From: Syntrophorhabdales bacterium
GTDB taxonomy: Bacteria; Desulfobacterota; Syntrophorhabdia; Syntrophorhabdales; Syntrophorhabdaceae
Reading direction: 5' to 3'
Length of the DNA: 64,000 nucleotides
NCBI GenBank assembly: GCA_018052995.1
Contig: JAGPMK010000001.1
Coordinates: forward strand, 5,384-69,383
Under the pieces are notes generated by a model. That model did not search any database, was not told the DNA's origin, and worked only from the letters and a program-made list of their open reading frames with translations. Of this stretch, positions 46,989 to 56,991 are shown in pieces. Both the position numbers and the translations under genes were made by a program. Within the stretch, counting starts at the first letter, position 1, and each line of letters opens with the position of its first letter.

Positions 46989-47975
46989 CTATTTGTTGAG
47001 TTTTGATTTGAACTTCTCGATGAGCTTTGGCACAACCTGGGTGTAGTCACCAACAATGCCGAATGTTGCTGCCTTGAAGATAGGTGCATCGGGGTCTTTG
47101 TTGATGGCAACTATGCAATCTGATGTCCTCATGCCTGCAAGGTGCTGGATTGCCCCTGATATACCGCATGCAATATATATCTTGGGTTTTACAGTCTTAC
47201 CGGTCTGTCCTACCTGGTGTTCATATGGTATCCAGCCTGAATCAACTGCTGCACGGGATGCACCAACTGCACCGCCTAAGATATCAGCAAGCTGCTTAAG
47301 AAGGTCAAAGCCTTCTGGCTTACCTACGCCCCTGCCGCCAGACACTATTATATCTGCCTCTACAAGGTTTACAGCTGTTGCTGCCTTAACAAATTCAAGG
47401 ACCTTGCTATGTAGGTCTGCATCCGCAACTGTGAATGCCTCCTTTACTACCTCACCCTGGTTTGCATCATTCTTTTCTGGCATGGCAAATGACTTTGGCC
47501 TTACAGTGGTTATCTGTGGTTTTGCCTTTTCGTTTACAACTGTGACAGTGAAGTTGCCGCCGAATGCTGCCCTTGTAAGTTTTATCTGTCCACCATCAAT
47601 CTTTAAACCGATCGCATCTGTGCAAAGGCCAAACCCAAGGAGAGCTGCTGTAGCTGCTGCTACATCTGTGCCCTGGCTTGTTGCCCTAAAGAGTGCTGCC
47701 TCTGGTTTATACTTGTCCAGAAGAAAACTTGCTGCCTTTGAGTATGCATCTGGCAGGAAGTCTTTATATGTTGCACCCTCCACAGCAAAAACCTTTGATG
47801 CCCCATAGGCAATTGCCTCTTTTGCAATGGCGTCAACGCCATCACCAATCACAAAGGCGCAGACATTTGATCCTAACTCTGCTGCCATGGTCTTTCCAAT
47901 GCCCAGTAATTCAAATGACATGGGGGTTACCACCCCTTCCTTATGCTCTATATATACCCATACATCGTTAGCCAT
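46989..47975 (-). CDS. etfA: Electron transfer flavoprotein alpha subunit
   Basis: 328 aa. The C-terminal FAD domain has VSGGRGVG, SRAAVDSGW, QVGQTGK and YIACGISGAIQH. Confidence 0.93.
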   Translation of the reverse strand: MANDVWVYIEHKEGVVTPMSFELLGIGKTMAAELGSNVCAFVIGDGVDAIAKEAIAYGASKVFAVEGATYKDFLPDAYSKAASFLLDKYKPEAALFRATSQGTDVAAATAALLGFGLCTDAIGLKIDGGQIKLTRAAFGGNFTVTVVNEKAKPQITTVRPKSFAMPEKNDANQGEVVKEAFTVADADLHSKVLEFVKAATAVNLVEADIIVSGGRGVGKPEGFDLLKQLADILGGAVGASRAAVDSGWIPYEHQVGQTGKTVKPKIYIACGISGAIQHLAGMRTSDCIVAINKDPDAPIFKAATFGIVGDYTQVVPKLIEKFKSKLNK

Positions 47976-47993
47976 TATTGTCCCTCCTCCTGG

Positions 47994-48794
47994 TTATTTT
48001 ATAACTTTCAAGTCAATTAGTTTATCGGTAAGCATATTTGCAATATCTTCAAGCTCGCCCTTGAGTATCTCGCCTGCTCCCCTTGGAGGTGGCACTGTTA
48101 ACTCGACAACCTTTGTTGATGCACCTGTTAAACCAACCTTACCTGTATCAACACCAAGATCACCAGCATTCCACTCTGGTATAGCAACCTTAGATGCCTT
48201 TCTAATACCCATAAGGTTTGGGAGACGGGGCTCATTTATCCCCTTTATAACCGAAACAACAGCAGGCAATTTTGCCTCGACAACCTCTACCCCACCTTCT
48301 ATTGCCCTTTCTACCACTATCTTCTTTGCCCCGGCATCAATTGACCTCACCTTTGAAACATAGGTGAGCTGACTAAAACCAAGTATGGATGCCAGCATGG
48401 CACCTACAACACCGGTATTTCCATCTGTAGACTGTTTACCGGTGAATACCACATCCACATCGCCTATCTTTTTAATTGCCGATGCCAAAACATACGCTGT
48501 TGCATAGGTATCAGAACCAGCAAATGCATCATCTGTAAGTCTGTGGACCTCATTTACTGTGAGAGCAAGGGCATTCCTGAGAACATCATTTGCCTTTTCA
48601 GGACCCATGCTTATAGCAATAATATCACCGTCATAATTCTCCCTTGTGAGAAGTGCCTCTTCAATGGCAAACTCATCGAATGGGTTGGTGATTGTTGCCT
48701 CCATGGCATCCCTCTTGAGTGTCCCCCTTGGGATATCCCACTTGATCTCTGCTTCAGTATCAGGAACCTGTTTAATACACACAACTATCTTCAC
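47994..48794 (-). CDS. etfB: Electron transfer flavoprotein beta subunit
   Basis: MKIVVCIKQVPD..., NPFDEFAIEEAL and GKQSTDGNTG. Confidence 0.93.
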   Translation of the reverse strand: MKIVVCIKQVPDTEAEIKWDIPRGTLKRDAMEATITNPFDEFAIEEALLTRENYDGDIIAISMGPEKANDVLRNALALTVNEVHRLTDDAFAGSDTYATAYVLASAIKKIGDVDVVFTGKQSTDGNTGVVGAMLASILGFSQLTYVSKVRSIDAGAKKIVVERAIEGGVEVVEAKLPAVVSVIKGINEPRLPNLMGIRKASKVAIPEWNAGDLGVDTGKVGLTGASTKVVELTVPPPRGAGEILKGELEDIANMLTDKLIDLKVIK

Positions 48795-48816
48795 AGTATC
48801 CTCCTTTTATTTTGTT

Positions 48817-49599
48817 TTATTCACCCTTAAATGTGGGTTTTCTTTTTTCTACAAAAGCTGTCATTCCCTCTTTCTGGTCTTTTGTTGCAAAACAAAGGCC
48901 AAAATCCTTTGCCTCAAGCATCAATGCTGACTCCATATCAAGATAAAGGCTCTTATTCACGCACTCCTTTGCAAGCCGGACAGAGAATGGCCCATTTGAT
49001 TTTATCTTCTCTGCAAGGTCCATTACCTCTTTCATGAGATTTTCATGGGGCACCACATTATTAACAAACCCCATCTCATATGCCTCCTGGGCGCCTATTA
49101 TCTTCCCTGTAAAGATCATCTCCTTTGCCTTTGCAAGCCCTACAAGTTTTGCAGCCCTCTGAGTCCCTCCAAAGCCAGGGTGTATACCCAGTGTAGTCTC
49201 TGGAAAGCCTACCTTCGCCCTATCTGATGCATAGATTATATCACATGCAATGGCTACCTCAAATCCTCCACCGAGGGCAAAACCATTCACTGCTGCAATT
49301 ATTGGCTTGGACATATTCTCAAGGGATAGTAATGCCTCATGGCCCCTCTGGGAAAACTGCATGCCCTGTAATGCTGTCATATCCTTCATCTCAAGTATAT
49401 CAGCCCCTGCAATAAATGCCTTCTCGCCTTCCCCGGTTATTATAATAACCCATACATCCTTGTTTGCCTCAAGCTCAATGGCAGCATTTTTTATATCATC
49501 AAGGGTCTCCGAGTTCAATGCATTGAGTGCCTTAGGCCTGTTTATCTTGACTATGGCAATCCTATCCTTAATCTCGATTATAAGGTTCTTGTATTCCAT
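48817..49599 (-). CDS. Enoyl-CoA hydratase (crotonase), second copy
   Basis: ITGEGEKAFIAGADI and GFALGGGFEVAIACDIIYA. It is a paralogue of 27893-28675. Confidence 0.92.
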   Translation of the reverse strand: MEYKNLIIEIKDRIAIVKINRPKALNALNSETLDDIKNAAIELEANKDVWVIIITGEGEKAFIAGADILEMKDMTALQGMQFSQRGHEALLSLENMSKPIIAAVNGFALGGGFEVAIACDIIYASDRAKVGFPETTLGIHPGFGGTQRAAKLVGLAKAKEMIFTGKIIGAQEAYEMGFVNNVVPHENLMKEVMDLAEKIKSNGPFSVRLAKECVNKSLYLDMESALMLEAKDFGLCFATKDQKEGMTAFVEKRKPTFKGE

Positions 49600-49601
49600 G
49601 A

Positions 49602-50885
49602 TTAGCCCTCACATTCAAGAACTGCAGCCAGACCCATACCACCGCCTATACACATGGAAACAAGACCATATTTTAGCCCCAGTCTTCTCATCTGATAAAG
49701 TGCGGTTGTGACAAGCCTTGCTCCAGTACATCCAATCGGATGTCCAAGGGATATACCTCCACCAAAGCGATTGCACTTATCCATATTTATCTTCAACTCC
49801 CTAATGCAGGCAATAGACTGGGATGCAAATGCCTCATTAAGCTCAATGAGGTCTATCTGGTCGATTGTGAGATTTGCCTTTTTAAGCGCCTTCCTTATAG
49901 CAGGGATTGGTCCCAAACCCATGTATGCAGGGTCTACACCGCCATTTGCCCATGCTATCATCCTGCCCATAGGTTTGATACCTAGTTCCTTTGCCTTATC
50001 TCTTGTCATGAGGACAACTGCAGCTGCCGCATCGTTTAAACCTGATGCATTACCTGCTGTGACAGTTCCATCCTTTTTAAATGCAGGAGCAAGTTTAGAC
50101 ATCTTTTCAAGGGTTGTATCCATTGGTCTTTCATCGGTATCAAATATTATAGGGTCTCCTTTCTTCTGGGGTATCTTCACGGGGATTATCTCATCTTTAA
50201 AGAGCCCATCTTTTATTGCCTTTCTTGCCCTCTGATGGCTTAATAGGCCAAACTCATCCTGTTCAAGTCTGGAGATATTATATTTTGCTGCAATATTTTC
50301 TGCAGTCATACCCATATGATAACCATAAAAGATCTCCCAGATTCCATCCAGAACCATAAGGTCAATTGCCTTTGTGTCAAACATCCTTGCACCCCAACGT
50401 AGCCCTGGCAGCGCAAAAGGGGCAAGACTCATATTCTCCATGCCTCCAGCAACAACTACATCATTATCGCCAATGGCTATTGATTGGATGCCATTTATTA
50501 TTGACCTAAGACCAGAGGAGCATACCTTATTTACTGTATATGCTGCTGTCTCTTTTGGTATTCCACCATAGACACTTGCCTGTCTTCCAGAGTTCTGTCC
50601 CAGGCCTGCCTGGATAACATTACCCATTACAACCTCATCAATGACCACCTCTTTAAGGCTGTTGTCATAATCATATGCCTTTGCCTCAAGCTCAGTATCG
50701 GTTTTCCCTTCAAATATATCAGGTGCTACTTCCTTGTCTTTGTTTTTTGATGGTCTAATACCTGCCCTCTTTAGCGCCTCTTTAATAACAAGTCCACCAA
50801 GCTGAACTGCAGGCACATCCTTTAATGACTGACCAAACTGACCAATAGGTGTTCTTACACAGGAAACGATTACAACGTCTCTCAT
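49602..50885 (-). CDS. Acetyl-CoA acetyltransferase (thiolase II) with an N-terminal insertion of about 35 aa
   Basis: MRDVVIVSCVRTPIGQFG, VNKVCSSGLRSI, NEAFASQ and GGGISLGHPIGCTGAR. At 427 aa it is longer than the roughly 392 aa usual for this family. Confidence 0.93.
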   Translation of the reverse strand: MRDVVIVSCVRTPIGQFGQSLKDVPAVQLGGLVIKEALKRAGIRPSKNKDKEVAPDIFEGKTDTELEAKAYDYDNSLKEVVIDEVVMGNVIQAGLGQNSGRQASVYGGIPKETAAYTVNKVCSSGLRSIINGIQSIAIGDNDVVVAGGMENMSLAPFALPGLRWGARMFDTKAIDLMVLDGIWEIFYGYHMGMTAENIAAKYNISRLEQDEFGLLSHQRARKAIKDGLFKDEIIPVKIPQKKGDPIIFDTDERPMDTTLEKMSKLAPAFKKDGTVTAGNASGLNDAAAAVVLMTRDKAKELGIKPMGRMIAWANGGVDPAYMGLGPIPAIRKALKKANLTIDQIDLIELNEAFASQSIACIRELKINMDKCNRFGGGISLGHPIGCTGARLVTTALYQMRRLGLKYGLVSMCIGGGMGLAAVLECEG

Positions 50886-50934
50886 ATCCCACTCCTTTCA
50901 TTTATTGTTTGCATTTGAAAAAAAATTCACAAAC

Positions 50935-50963
50935 ATTTAATATGAATTACACGGTTTTGTCAA
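50935..50963 (-). promoter_or_regulatory. Putative promoter of the thl-crt-etfBA operon (TTGACA-17-TTAAAT)
   Basis: On the minus strand, TTGACA lies at 50963-50958, followed by a 17-nt spacer and TTAAAT at 50940-50935, about 50 nt upstream of the ATG. Confidence 0.35.
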
Positions 50964-51069
50964 TGATTTTTAATAAGATAAGTGCATTTTAATTATGAAA
51001 AGGGTTTAAAAATATGTTAATGTTAAAATATATACAGCGTTAATAAACTTAATCTGAAGGTGCAGTAGC

Positions 51070-52446
51070 ATGTCGTTAAATATTTCCGTGATAAACGAGA
51101 TTAAAGAGATTGTAGGCGAGAAAAACTGCCTCACCTCTTTAGAGGATAGAAAATGCTATTCTTATGATGCAAGGACAGAGGGGGCGATCCCAGATCTGGT
51201 TGCATTCCCCTCTTCTGCTAAAGAGGTCTCCTCCATCCTCATCCTTGCTAATAAATACCTACTTCCTGTAATACCAAGGGGCCAGGGAACAGGCCTCACA
51301 GGTGGCTCCATCCCTGTTGCCGGGGGGATAGTCCTCCCCTTTACACGGATGAACAAGATCCTTGAGATAGATACAGAAAACCTCATAGCCTTTGTTGAGC
51401 CAGGGGTAATAACCTTTGAGCTCCAACAGGAGGTGGCAAGATACGGGCTTTTCTATCCCCCTGATCCTGCCTCTTACAAATATTCAAGTATAGGTGGTAA
51501 TGCAGCAGAGTGTGCCGGTGGCCCTAATTCCCTGAAATACGGGGTGACAAGGGACTATGTTCTGGGGCTTGAGGTTGTAAAGCCAACAGGCGAGATAATA
51601 AACACAGGCGTAAGGACAATGAAAGGGGTTGTGGGATACGACCTCACAAGACTTTTTGTGGGTAGTGAAGGCACCCTTGGTGTGATTACAAAGATTATAC
51701 TAAAGCTTATACCCCTTCCTGAATCAAAGGCAACCATACTTGCACTCTTTCAGGAGGTAGAAGAGGCTGCAGAGGCAGTATCTGCAATAATAGCGGCAAA
51801 GATCGTCCCATCAACCATAGAATTCATGGATAAGGCATCTATAACATGTAGTGAACAGGCGAATCCCATGGGTCTCCCTGAGGGCATAGGAGGGTTGCTG
51901 CTCATAGAGGTAGATGGGGATAAAGAATCCATTAAAATCCAGGCAGAGAAGATAAAAAAGGTTATCTATGAAAAAAATGCCATACGATGCGACCTCACAG
52001 AGGACCCTAAAGAGGCGGATAGGCTATGGCAGGCAAGGCGCACCCTCTCTCAGGCAACATATAATCTCAACCCTGTCAAGATTGCAGAGGATGTGGTTGT
52101 CCCGAGGTCAAATATCCCCCAACTAATCAGGGCACTTGAAGAGATAGGGAAGAGATTTGGTATACCCATACTCAGCTTCGGGCACGCAGGGGATGGAAAT
52201 TTCCATGTGAGCATTATGATTAAGGATACCCCGGAAGACAGGGCAAAGGCAGAAGAGGCAGTTCATGTGATCTTTGAAGAGACCATAAGGCTGGGCGGGA
52301 CCCTCTCAGGAGAACACGGCATAGGCACCTCGAAGTCAGCATACATAAGTATGGAACTATCACCAGAGACTATAGATACTATGAAAAGTATAAAAAGACT
52401 ATTTGATCCCAATAATATCATGAATCCCGGTAAAATCTTTCCTTAA
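51070..52446 (+). CDS. FAD-linked oxidase (GlcD / D-lactate dehydrogenase family)
   Basis: PCMH-type FAD-binding domain (PRGQGTGLTGGSIP). The C-terminus has GEHGIG and DPNNIMNPGK. Confidence 0.88.
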   Translation: MSLNISVINEIKEIVGEKNCLTSLEDRKCYSYDARTEGAIPDLVAFPSSAKEVSSILILANKYLLPVIPRGQGTGLTGGSIPVAGGIVLPFTRMNKILEIDTENLIAFVEPGVITFELQQEVARYGLFYPPDPASYKYSSIGGNAAECAGGPNSLKYGVTRDYVLGLEVVKPTGEIINTGVRTMKGVVGYDLTRLFVGSEGTLGVITKIILKLIPLPESKATILALFQEVEEAAEAVSAIIAAKIVPSTIEFMDKASITCSEQANPMGLPEGIGGLLLIEVDGDKESIKIQAEKIKKVIYEKNAIRCDLTEDPKEADRLWQARRTLSQATYNLNPVKIAEDVVVPRSNIPQLIRALEEIGKRFGIPILSFGHAGDGNFHVSIMIKDTPEDRAKAEEAVHVIFEETIRLGGTLSGEHGIGTSKSAYISMELSPETIDTMKSIKRLFDPNNIMNPGKIFP

Positions 52447-52576
52447 ATAACACAGGAGGATGTGAGGAGGGGCATCCTCTGGGGCAGATTGGGGGTATGA
52501 CCTTTGATACCTTCCTCCTCACGGGCACTGTAAAACTAAACAGGCTAACCAGCTAATTACATTACAAAAACCTTTT

Positions 52577-54130
52577 TTATTTATCATCTATCCTTACTGT
52601 CTCCATAACCACCTGAGGGCTTACTGCCACCGTCACCTTGCCAGTATCAAGATTACGCCCTTTTGAAGTATGCTCTTCAAGATAATCCTCAATATCATCG
52701 AAAAACTTCTTTTGCACTGACTGTGGGACAGGGGATGTGACAATGCTTACCCCTACATACAATAATGTATCAACAAGAAGGGGGACAAAGATGGGGTGAA
52801 AGCCAAGAAGTAATGGTTTATAAAAAAATGAGCCTACAATAAGAAGGATTAATCCGACCAATATACCTACGATAGCCCCTTCCTTCGTCCCCCTTCTCCA
52901 CAGTACACCGCCTATAAGGGCTGGAAGCCACAAGGCAAAGCCAGGGGAGGCAATATTACTTAAAAGAAGACCAAGCTCTGCTGGTCTTGCAAGGGCCAAT
53001 ATAAAACTTACAATAGCAGCAAAAACCATCCCTATGCGTGACCACAATATAAGACCTTTGTCTGTGACTTTACTGGAGATAGAAAAGATTATATCACGGG
53101 AGACAAAGAGCCCTGTTACCATCAACTGTGTTGCCACTGTTGATATTGCAGCAGCCAATACAGCAAGAAGGGTGGCACCTGATGCCCAGGCTGGGAGATA
53201 TTTTGTAATCGCAATCTGGACAACAGCATCTGCTGCCTTGCCTTTTAAACCTGGCACAAGAATTGGACATACCAGATAACCCCATATTGCCGCTATATTA
53301 CAGAAGAATATTGAAAAAAGGAGCATCCAAATTGCAGTCTTACGGACAACAACCATGCTCTTTGCCTGCATTGTCCCGATCACTATATGAGGCCAGGCCA
53401 TGACTGTTAAACCTGCAAGGGCAAGGCCCATCAGATTCTGGGTAGTCCAGGCATTAACAGGACCTGGGACGCCAAGGAGACCTGGCTTTATCTCCTGGAC
53501 TCTTTTGGCCATATCGCTAAGACTTGTGTTGTTTGTTGTAAATAGGATCCATATAAGAAAACCCCAGAATGTTGCTGTGAATATGATCCCGAGAAGGACA
53601 TTAAGCCACGCAACGCTACGGGTACCACCAAGGAGGCATATAAGGAGCATTATAACAGTCATATAAAGGGCACCAAACCAGAATGGCCAACCCACAGCTG
53701 CCTTCATACCTGCACCAATACCCACAGCCTGAAGCCCAAGATATGGAAATAGGAAAATAACAAGGACACCGCCCAATATCAACCTCAAGGCCTTTGACTG
53801 GTAGCGCTCACCTAAAAACTGAACTGGTGAAAGATAGCCATATTTACTTCCACCTGCCCACAGTTTAGGGCCTATCATGACATACAAAAAGGCAAAGGAG
53901 GTAAATGAGAAGAAAAGCATAAATCCAGGGCCCGTATTATAGATAGTGCCTGGAAAACCATAAAAAGTCCAGGCGCTGGATATGGCAAAATAGACATAAA
54001 AAAACATGACAAAGGTGCCGATTGCCCTGCCTGCAAGAAGATAATCCGCCGCTGTTTTCTTATTCAACTTATACCCATAAGCACTCACAAAGACCAAAAC
54101 AACGCCTAATAAAAGCACAATCCAGATCAT
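52577..54130 (-). CDS. Sodium:solute symporter family (SSF) transporter
   Basis: 517 aa with about 13 TM segments. The N-terminus contains DYLLAGR. Confidence 0.88.
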   Translation of the reverse strand: MIWIVLLLGVVLVFVSAYGYKLNKKTAADYLLAGRAIGTFVMFFYVYFAISSAWTFYGFPGTIYNTGPGFMLFFSFTSFAFLYVMIGPKLWAGGSKYGYLSPVQFLGERYQSKALRLILGGVLVIFLFPYLGLQAVGIGAGMKAAVGWPFWFGALYMTVIMLLICLLGGTRSVAWLNVLLGIIFTATFWGFLIWILFTTNNTSLSDMAKRVQEIKPGLLGVPGPVNAWTTQNLMGLALAGLTVMAWPHIVIGTMQAKSMVVVRKTAIWMLLFSIFFCNIAAIWGYLVCPILVPGLKGKAADAVVQIAITKYLPAWASGATLLAVLAAAISTVATQLMVTGLFVSRDIIFSISSKVTDKGLILWSRIGMVFAAIVSFILALARPAELGLLLSNIASPGFALWLPALIGGVLWRRGTKEGAIVGILVGLILLIVGSFFYKPLLLGFHPIFVPLLVDTLLYVGVSIVTSPVPQSVQKKFFDDIEDYLEEHTSKGRNLDTGKVTVAVSPQVVMETVRIDDK

Positions 54131-54152
54131 ATAATCCCCCTTTTTTTAAATT

Positions 54153-54377
54153 TTATCTGTATCTATATGGCCAGTATCTGCTTGTATATATCCAGAACGC
54201 CAAAAGCCATATAATAGTCTGCAGATTATAGAATGCAACAACAACTGGCATCCATCCAAACAGTAGATATGATATATTTTGCAAAACAAAAGGAAGAACA
54301 AAAATATACCAGACAGAGCTTAGGAAAAGAATCCATAATAAAATCCTCCCTGGCTTATGACCCACAATCTCTCTCAT
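54153..54377 (-). CDS. Small two-TM membrane protein (DUF3311-like symporter accessory subunit?)
   Basis: 74 aa with two hydrophobic helices, 22 nt upstream of the SSF gene. Family assignment is from memory only. Confidence 0.5.
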   Translation of the reverse strand: MREIVGHKPGRILLWILFLSSVWYIFVLPFVLQNISYLLFGWMPVVVAFYNLQTIIWLLAFWIYTSRYWPYRYR

Positions 54378-54423
54378 AATCTAACCCCCTTAAATATTGA
54401 TATTTTTTCTGCTTCTACGGAGA

Positions 54424-55998
54424 TTACTGTCCGTATTTTTCTCTCAGCTCCTTCTTTAATATCTTTCCTGCGGCATTACGGGGCAATTCCTCTACGATGT
54501 GCACAACCTTTGGAACCTTATACCCTGCTATCTTTCCCTTGCAAAAATCAGCAATCTCTTGAGGTTTAATGGATGCCCCATTTTTTAAAACAACGATGGC
54601 AGTCACAGCCTCACCCCATACAGGATGGTGTGTCCCGATTACACAGGACTCCTTTATCAATGGATGTTGATGTATAACCTTTTCTATCTCAGCAGGATAG
54701 ACATTCTCACCCCCTGTTATAATCATATCTTTAAGGCGGTCAATAACCCTTATATAACCCCTTTCATCAATAGAGCAGACATCCTCTGTGTGAAACCACT
54801 CTCCCTTGAATGCCTTGGCAGTCTCCTTTTCCTTCCGCCAATAGCCAAGCGTCGTCCCCGGTCCCCTCACTATCATCTCGCCGATACCACCTGCTGGAAC
54901 AGGATTATTATCTGGATCTACAATAAGAACCTCCATGTCATAGCTTGTTCTACCACAGGATTCAAATATCCTGTCATCACCCCTATCCAGTGCCTCCTTT
55001 ATATCTCTAACCGAAAGATTGGTTGTCACGCCTGTGGTCTCTGTGGTTCCGTGATGTTCACCCAGTATGTTTCCAAATGTCTCTGTGAACTGCCTATACA
55101 CGGCAGGTATTATGCCTGCCCCTGCAAACCAAAGGGTTCTCCAGCTTGAAAGATCATATTTATCCCTACTTGGGTGATCGAGTATCATCATGACCATAGG
55201 TGTTGCAAACATACCTGCTGATAATCTCTCCTGCTGGGTAACTGAGAAAAACTGTTCCACATCCCACTTGGAAAAGATATAGGAGATACACCCTGTATAC
55301 TGTGCACCAAAAAAGGTATAGTGGGCAGTAATATGATACATGGGACATACAATAAACACATGGTCATCCATATTGAGGTTATTATTTTTTGAACAGACAC
55401 GTCCGGCATGGTAGAAGTTACTGTGGGTCTGCATGACCCCCTTTGGAAGCCCTGTGGTCCCACTGGTATACATAAGCATGGCAACATCGTTTTCAAATAT
55501 CTCTGTGGTCTGGGGTGCAGGGGATGCGGACTTTATAAGCTCATCGTAGTCCAACCATCCAGTGGGTTTCTTCTCAGGTGGACCAAAATATATAATCTTC
55601 TCTACAGAGGGCAAGGAATCCTTAATGGTCTCTACAACCCCTATGAACTGTTCCTGAACAATCAGGATAGAGGGCTCTGAGTCAGCCAGGACTGCTGCAA
55701 TCTCAGGGGGTGCAAGCCTAAAGTTGCACACCACATAGATGAGCCCTGCATTGGGAACAGCCAGGGCGCATTCTATATATTCAAGGCTATTTTGACTCAA
55801 TATAGCAACCCTATCGCCCTTTTTTGCCCCAAGCCCGTGCAGGGCATTACCTATTCTGTTTACCCTGTCTTTTACCTGAGAGAATGTAAAGATTCTTTTT
55901 TTGCCTTCCACCTCTTTTAATGCCACCTTATCAGGATAAAGAGATGCGTTACGATTTATAATGGTTCTAATAGTTGAAAATGTGCTTTGTGACCCCAT
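54424..55998 (-). CDS. AMP-forming acyl-CoA synthetase (fatty-acid / aromatic-acid CoA ligase family)
   Basis: The AMP-binding motif YTSGTTGLPKGV, TGD-like HTEDV and the C-terminal GKILKKEL are present. Confidence 0.9.
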   Translation of the reverse strand: MGSQSTFSTIRTIINRNASLYPDKVALKEVEGKKRIFTFSQVKDRVNRIGNALHGLGAKKGDRVAILSQNSLEYIECALAVPNAGLIYVVCNFRLAPPEIAAVLADSEPSILIVQEQFIGVVETIKDSLPSVEKIIYFGPPEKKPTGWLDYDELIKSASPAPQTTEIFENDVAMLMYTSGTTGLPKGVMQTHSNFYHAGRVCSKNNNLNMDDHVFIVCPMYHITAHYTFFGAQYTGCISYIFSKWDVEQFFSVTQQERLSAGMFATPMVMMILDHPSRDKYDLSSWRTLWFAGAGIIPAVYRQFTETFGNILGEHHGTTETTGVTTNLSVRDIKEALDRGDDRIFESCGRTSYDMEVLIVDPDNNPVPAGGIGEMIVRGPGTTLGYWRKEKETAKAFKGEWFHTEDVCSIDERGYIRVIDRLKDMIITGGENVYPAEIEKVIHQHPLIKESCVIGTHHPVWGEAVTAIVVLKNGASIKPQEIADFCKGKIAGYKVPKVVHIVEELPRNAAGKILKKELREKYGQ

Positions 55999-56150
55999 AA
56001 TATCCTCCCTTCCATAATATTGATTAAATATATAAGCAATTTTTATACCACGACGTGGTATATGAAAACCTTTTGATATTATTGGATAGTCTGTTTTTAC
56101 AACAGCTTGATTTAATGCCCTATTTTGTATCTTTTAGATATACGTTGCAC

Positions 56151-56921
56151 CTAATGGTAACAGTGGAGGGGCAGATATCCTTCGGCAGGGTCAAACTTGG
56201 TAAGCCTCATTATATTTTTATAAAGGATAAACTCCTTGTCCTCATAGGCTATAGGAAGCGAAAAGACCTTTGCAAGCTCACCTCTCATATAGCCAAAGGG
56301 CACATCAGAGCCGAATATGACCCTGTGCGGGCCTATCGCCTCTATAAACCTCAATATATCTCCCTGAGAACCCAGGGCTGTATCAAAATAGATATTTTCT
56401 CTGTCCTTGAAGCTTCTCAAGAATGACATAGGATTTCCACCAAGAAGACCAAGATGGGGTATTATAATCTTTATGCCCTCTGCCATCTCAACAAAACTTT
56501 CTGTAAAACGAAGCTCCTCCTCAAAGATGATAGGCTTATCTGTCTTTTTAATCTTTTCTATTAATCCAGGAAGCGCCTTATCCTCAAGGATCTTATAGTT
56601 TGATGCAGAGTCCTGCCATCCTCTCATCCAGTGCCATTTTCCCCCATAGTATCCATCCGGAATAGGGTCAAATCCATCCCTGTCATAATCCTCTCTTATG
56701 TAATGATAGGGGATAAAATTCTTCACCTTTTTTGCCTCCTCAAGAACACGCACATTTATCTCATTGCTATCTATGGCAGTTGAGGGAAAGGGCATAATAA
56801 AGACATGCGTTACCCCTGATTCCCTCTGTTGACTCTGAAGCTCTCTTGTTGTAACATCTACACCCAGGGTTATAGAGGGCCCCCAGTGTGTATGGCTATC
56901 TATTATATATTCAAAATCCAT
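56151..56921 (-). CDS. Amidohydrolase-2 / TIM-barrel metal-dependent hydrolase
   Basis: Start trimmed to the ATG at 56921 (MDFEYIIDSHTHWGP, an HxH metal motif near the N-terminus). The longer track ORF would overlap the NUDIX gene. Confidence 0.7.
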   Translation of the reverse strand: MDFEYIIDSHTHWGPSITLGVDVTTRELQSQQRESGVTHVFIMPFPSTAIDSNEINVRVLEEAKKVKNFIPYHYIREDYDRDGFDPIPDGYYGGKWHWMRGWQDSASNYKILEDKALPGLIEKIKKTDKPIIFEEELRFTESFVEMAEGIKIIIPHLGLLGGNPMSFLRSFKDRENIYFDTALGSQGDILRFIEAIGPHRVIFGSDVPFGYMRGELAKVFSLPIAYEDKEFILYKNIMRLTKFDPAEGYLPLHCYH

Positions 56922-56991
56922 ATTTGCATTTTCATTACCATAAATGGTATATCCTTGTAAAGGAACTTTGATTATCTTATAGGGCAGCCAG

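Noticed and set aside
47056-47808. 250-aa plus-strand ORF lying entirely antisense to etfA. Neighbouring antisense ORFs occur at 47827-48363 and 49250-49711.
   Set aside because: The opposite strand encodes strongly recognisable EtfA, EtfB and crotonase. The antisense products are low-complexity Ala/Ser/Pro-rich strings with no SD and no motif. This is the typical shadow-ORF pattern of a biased reading frame.
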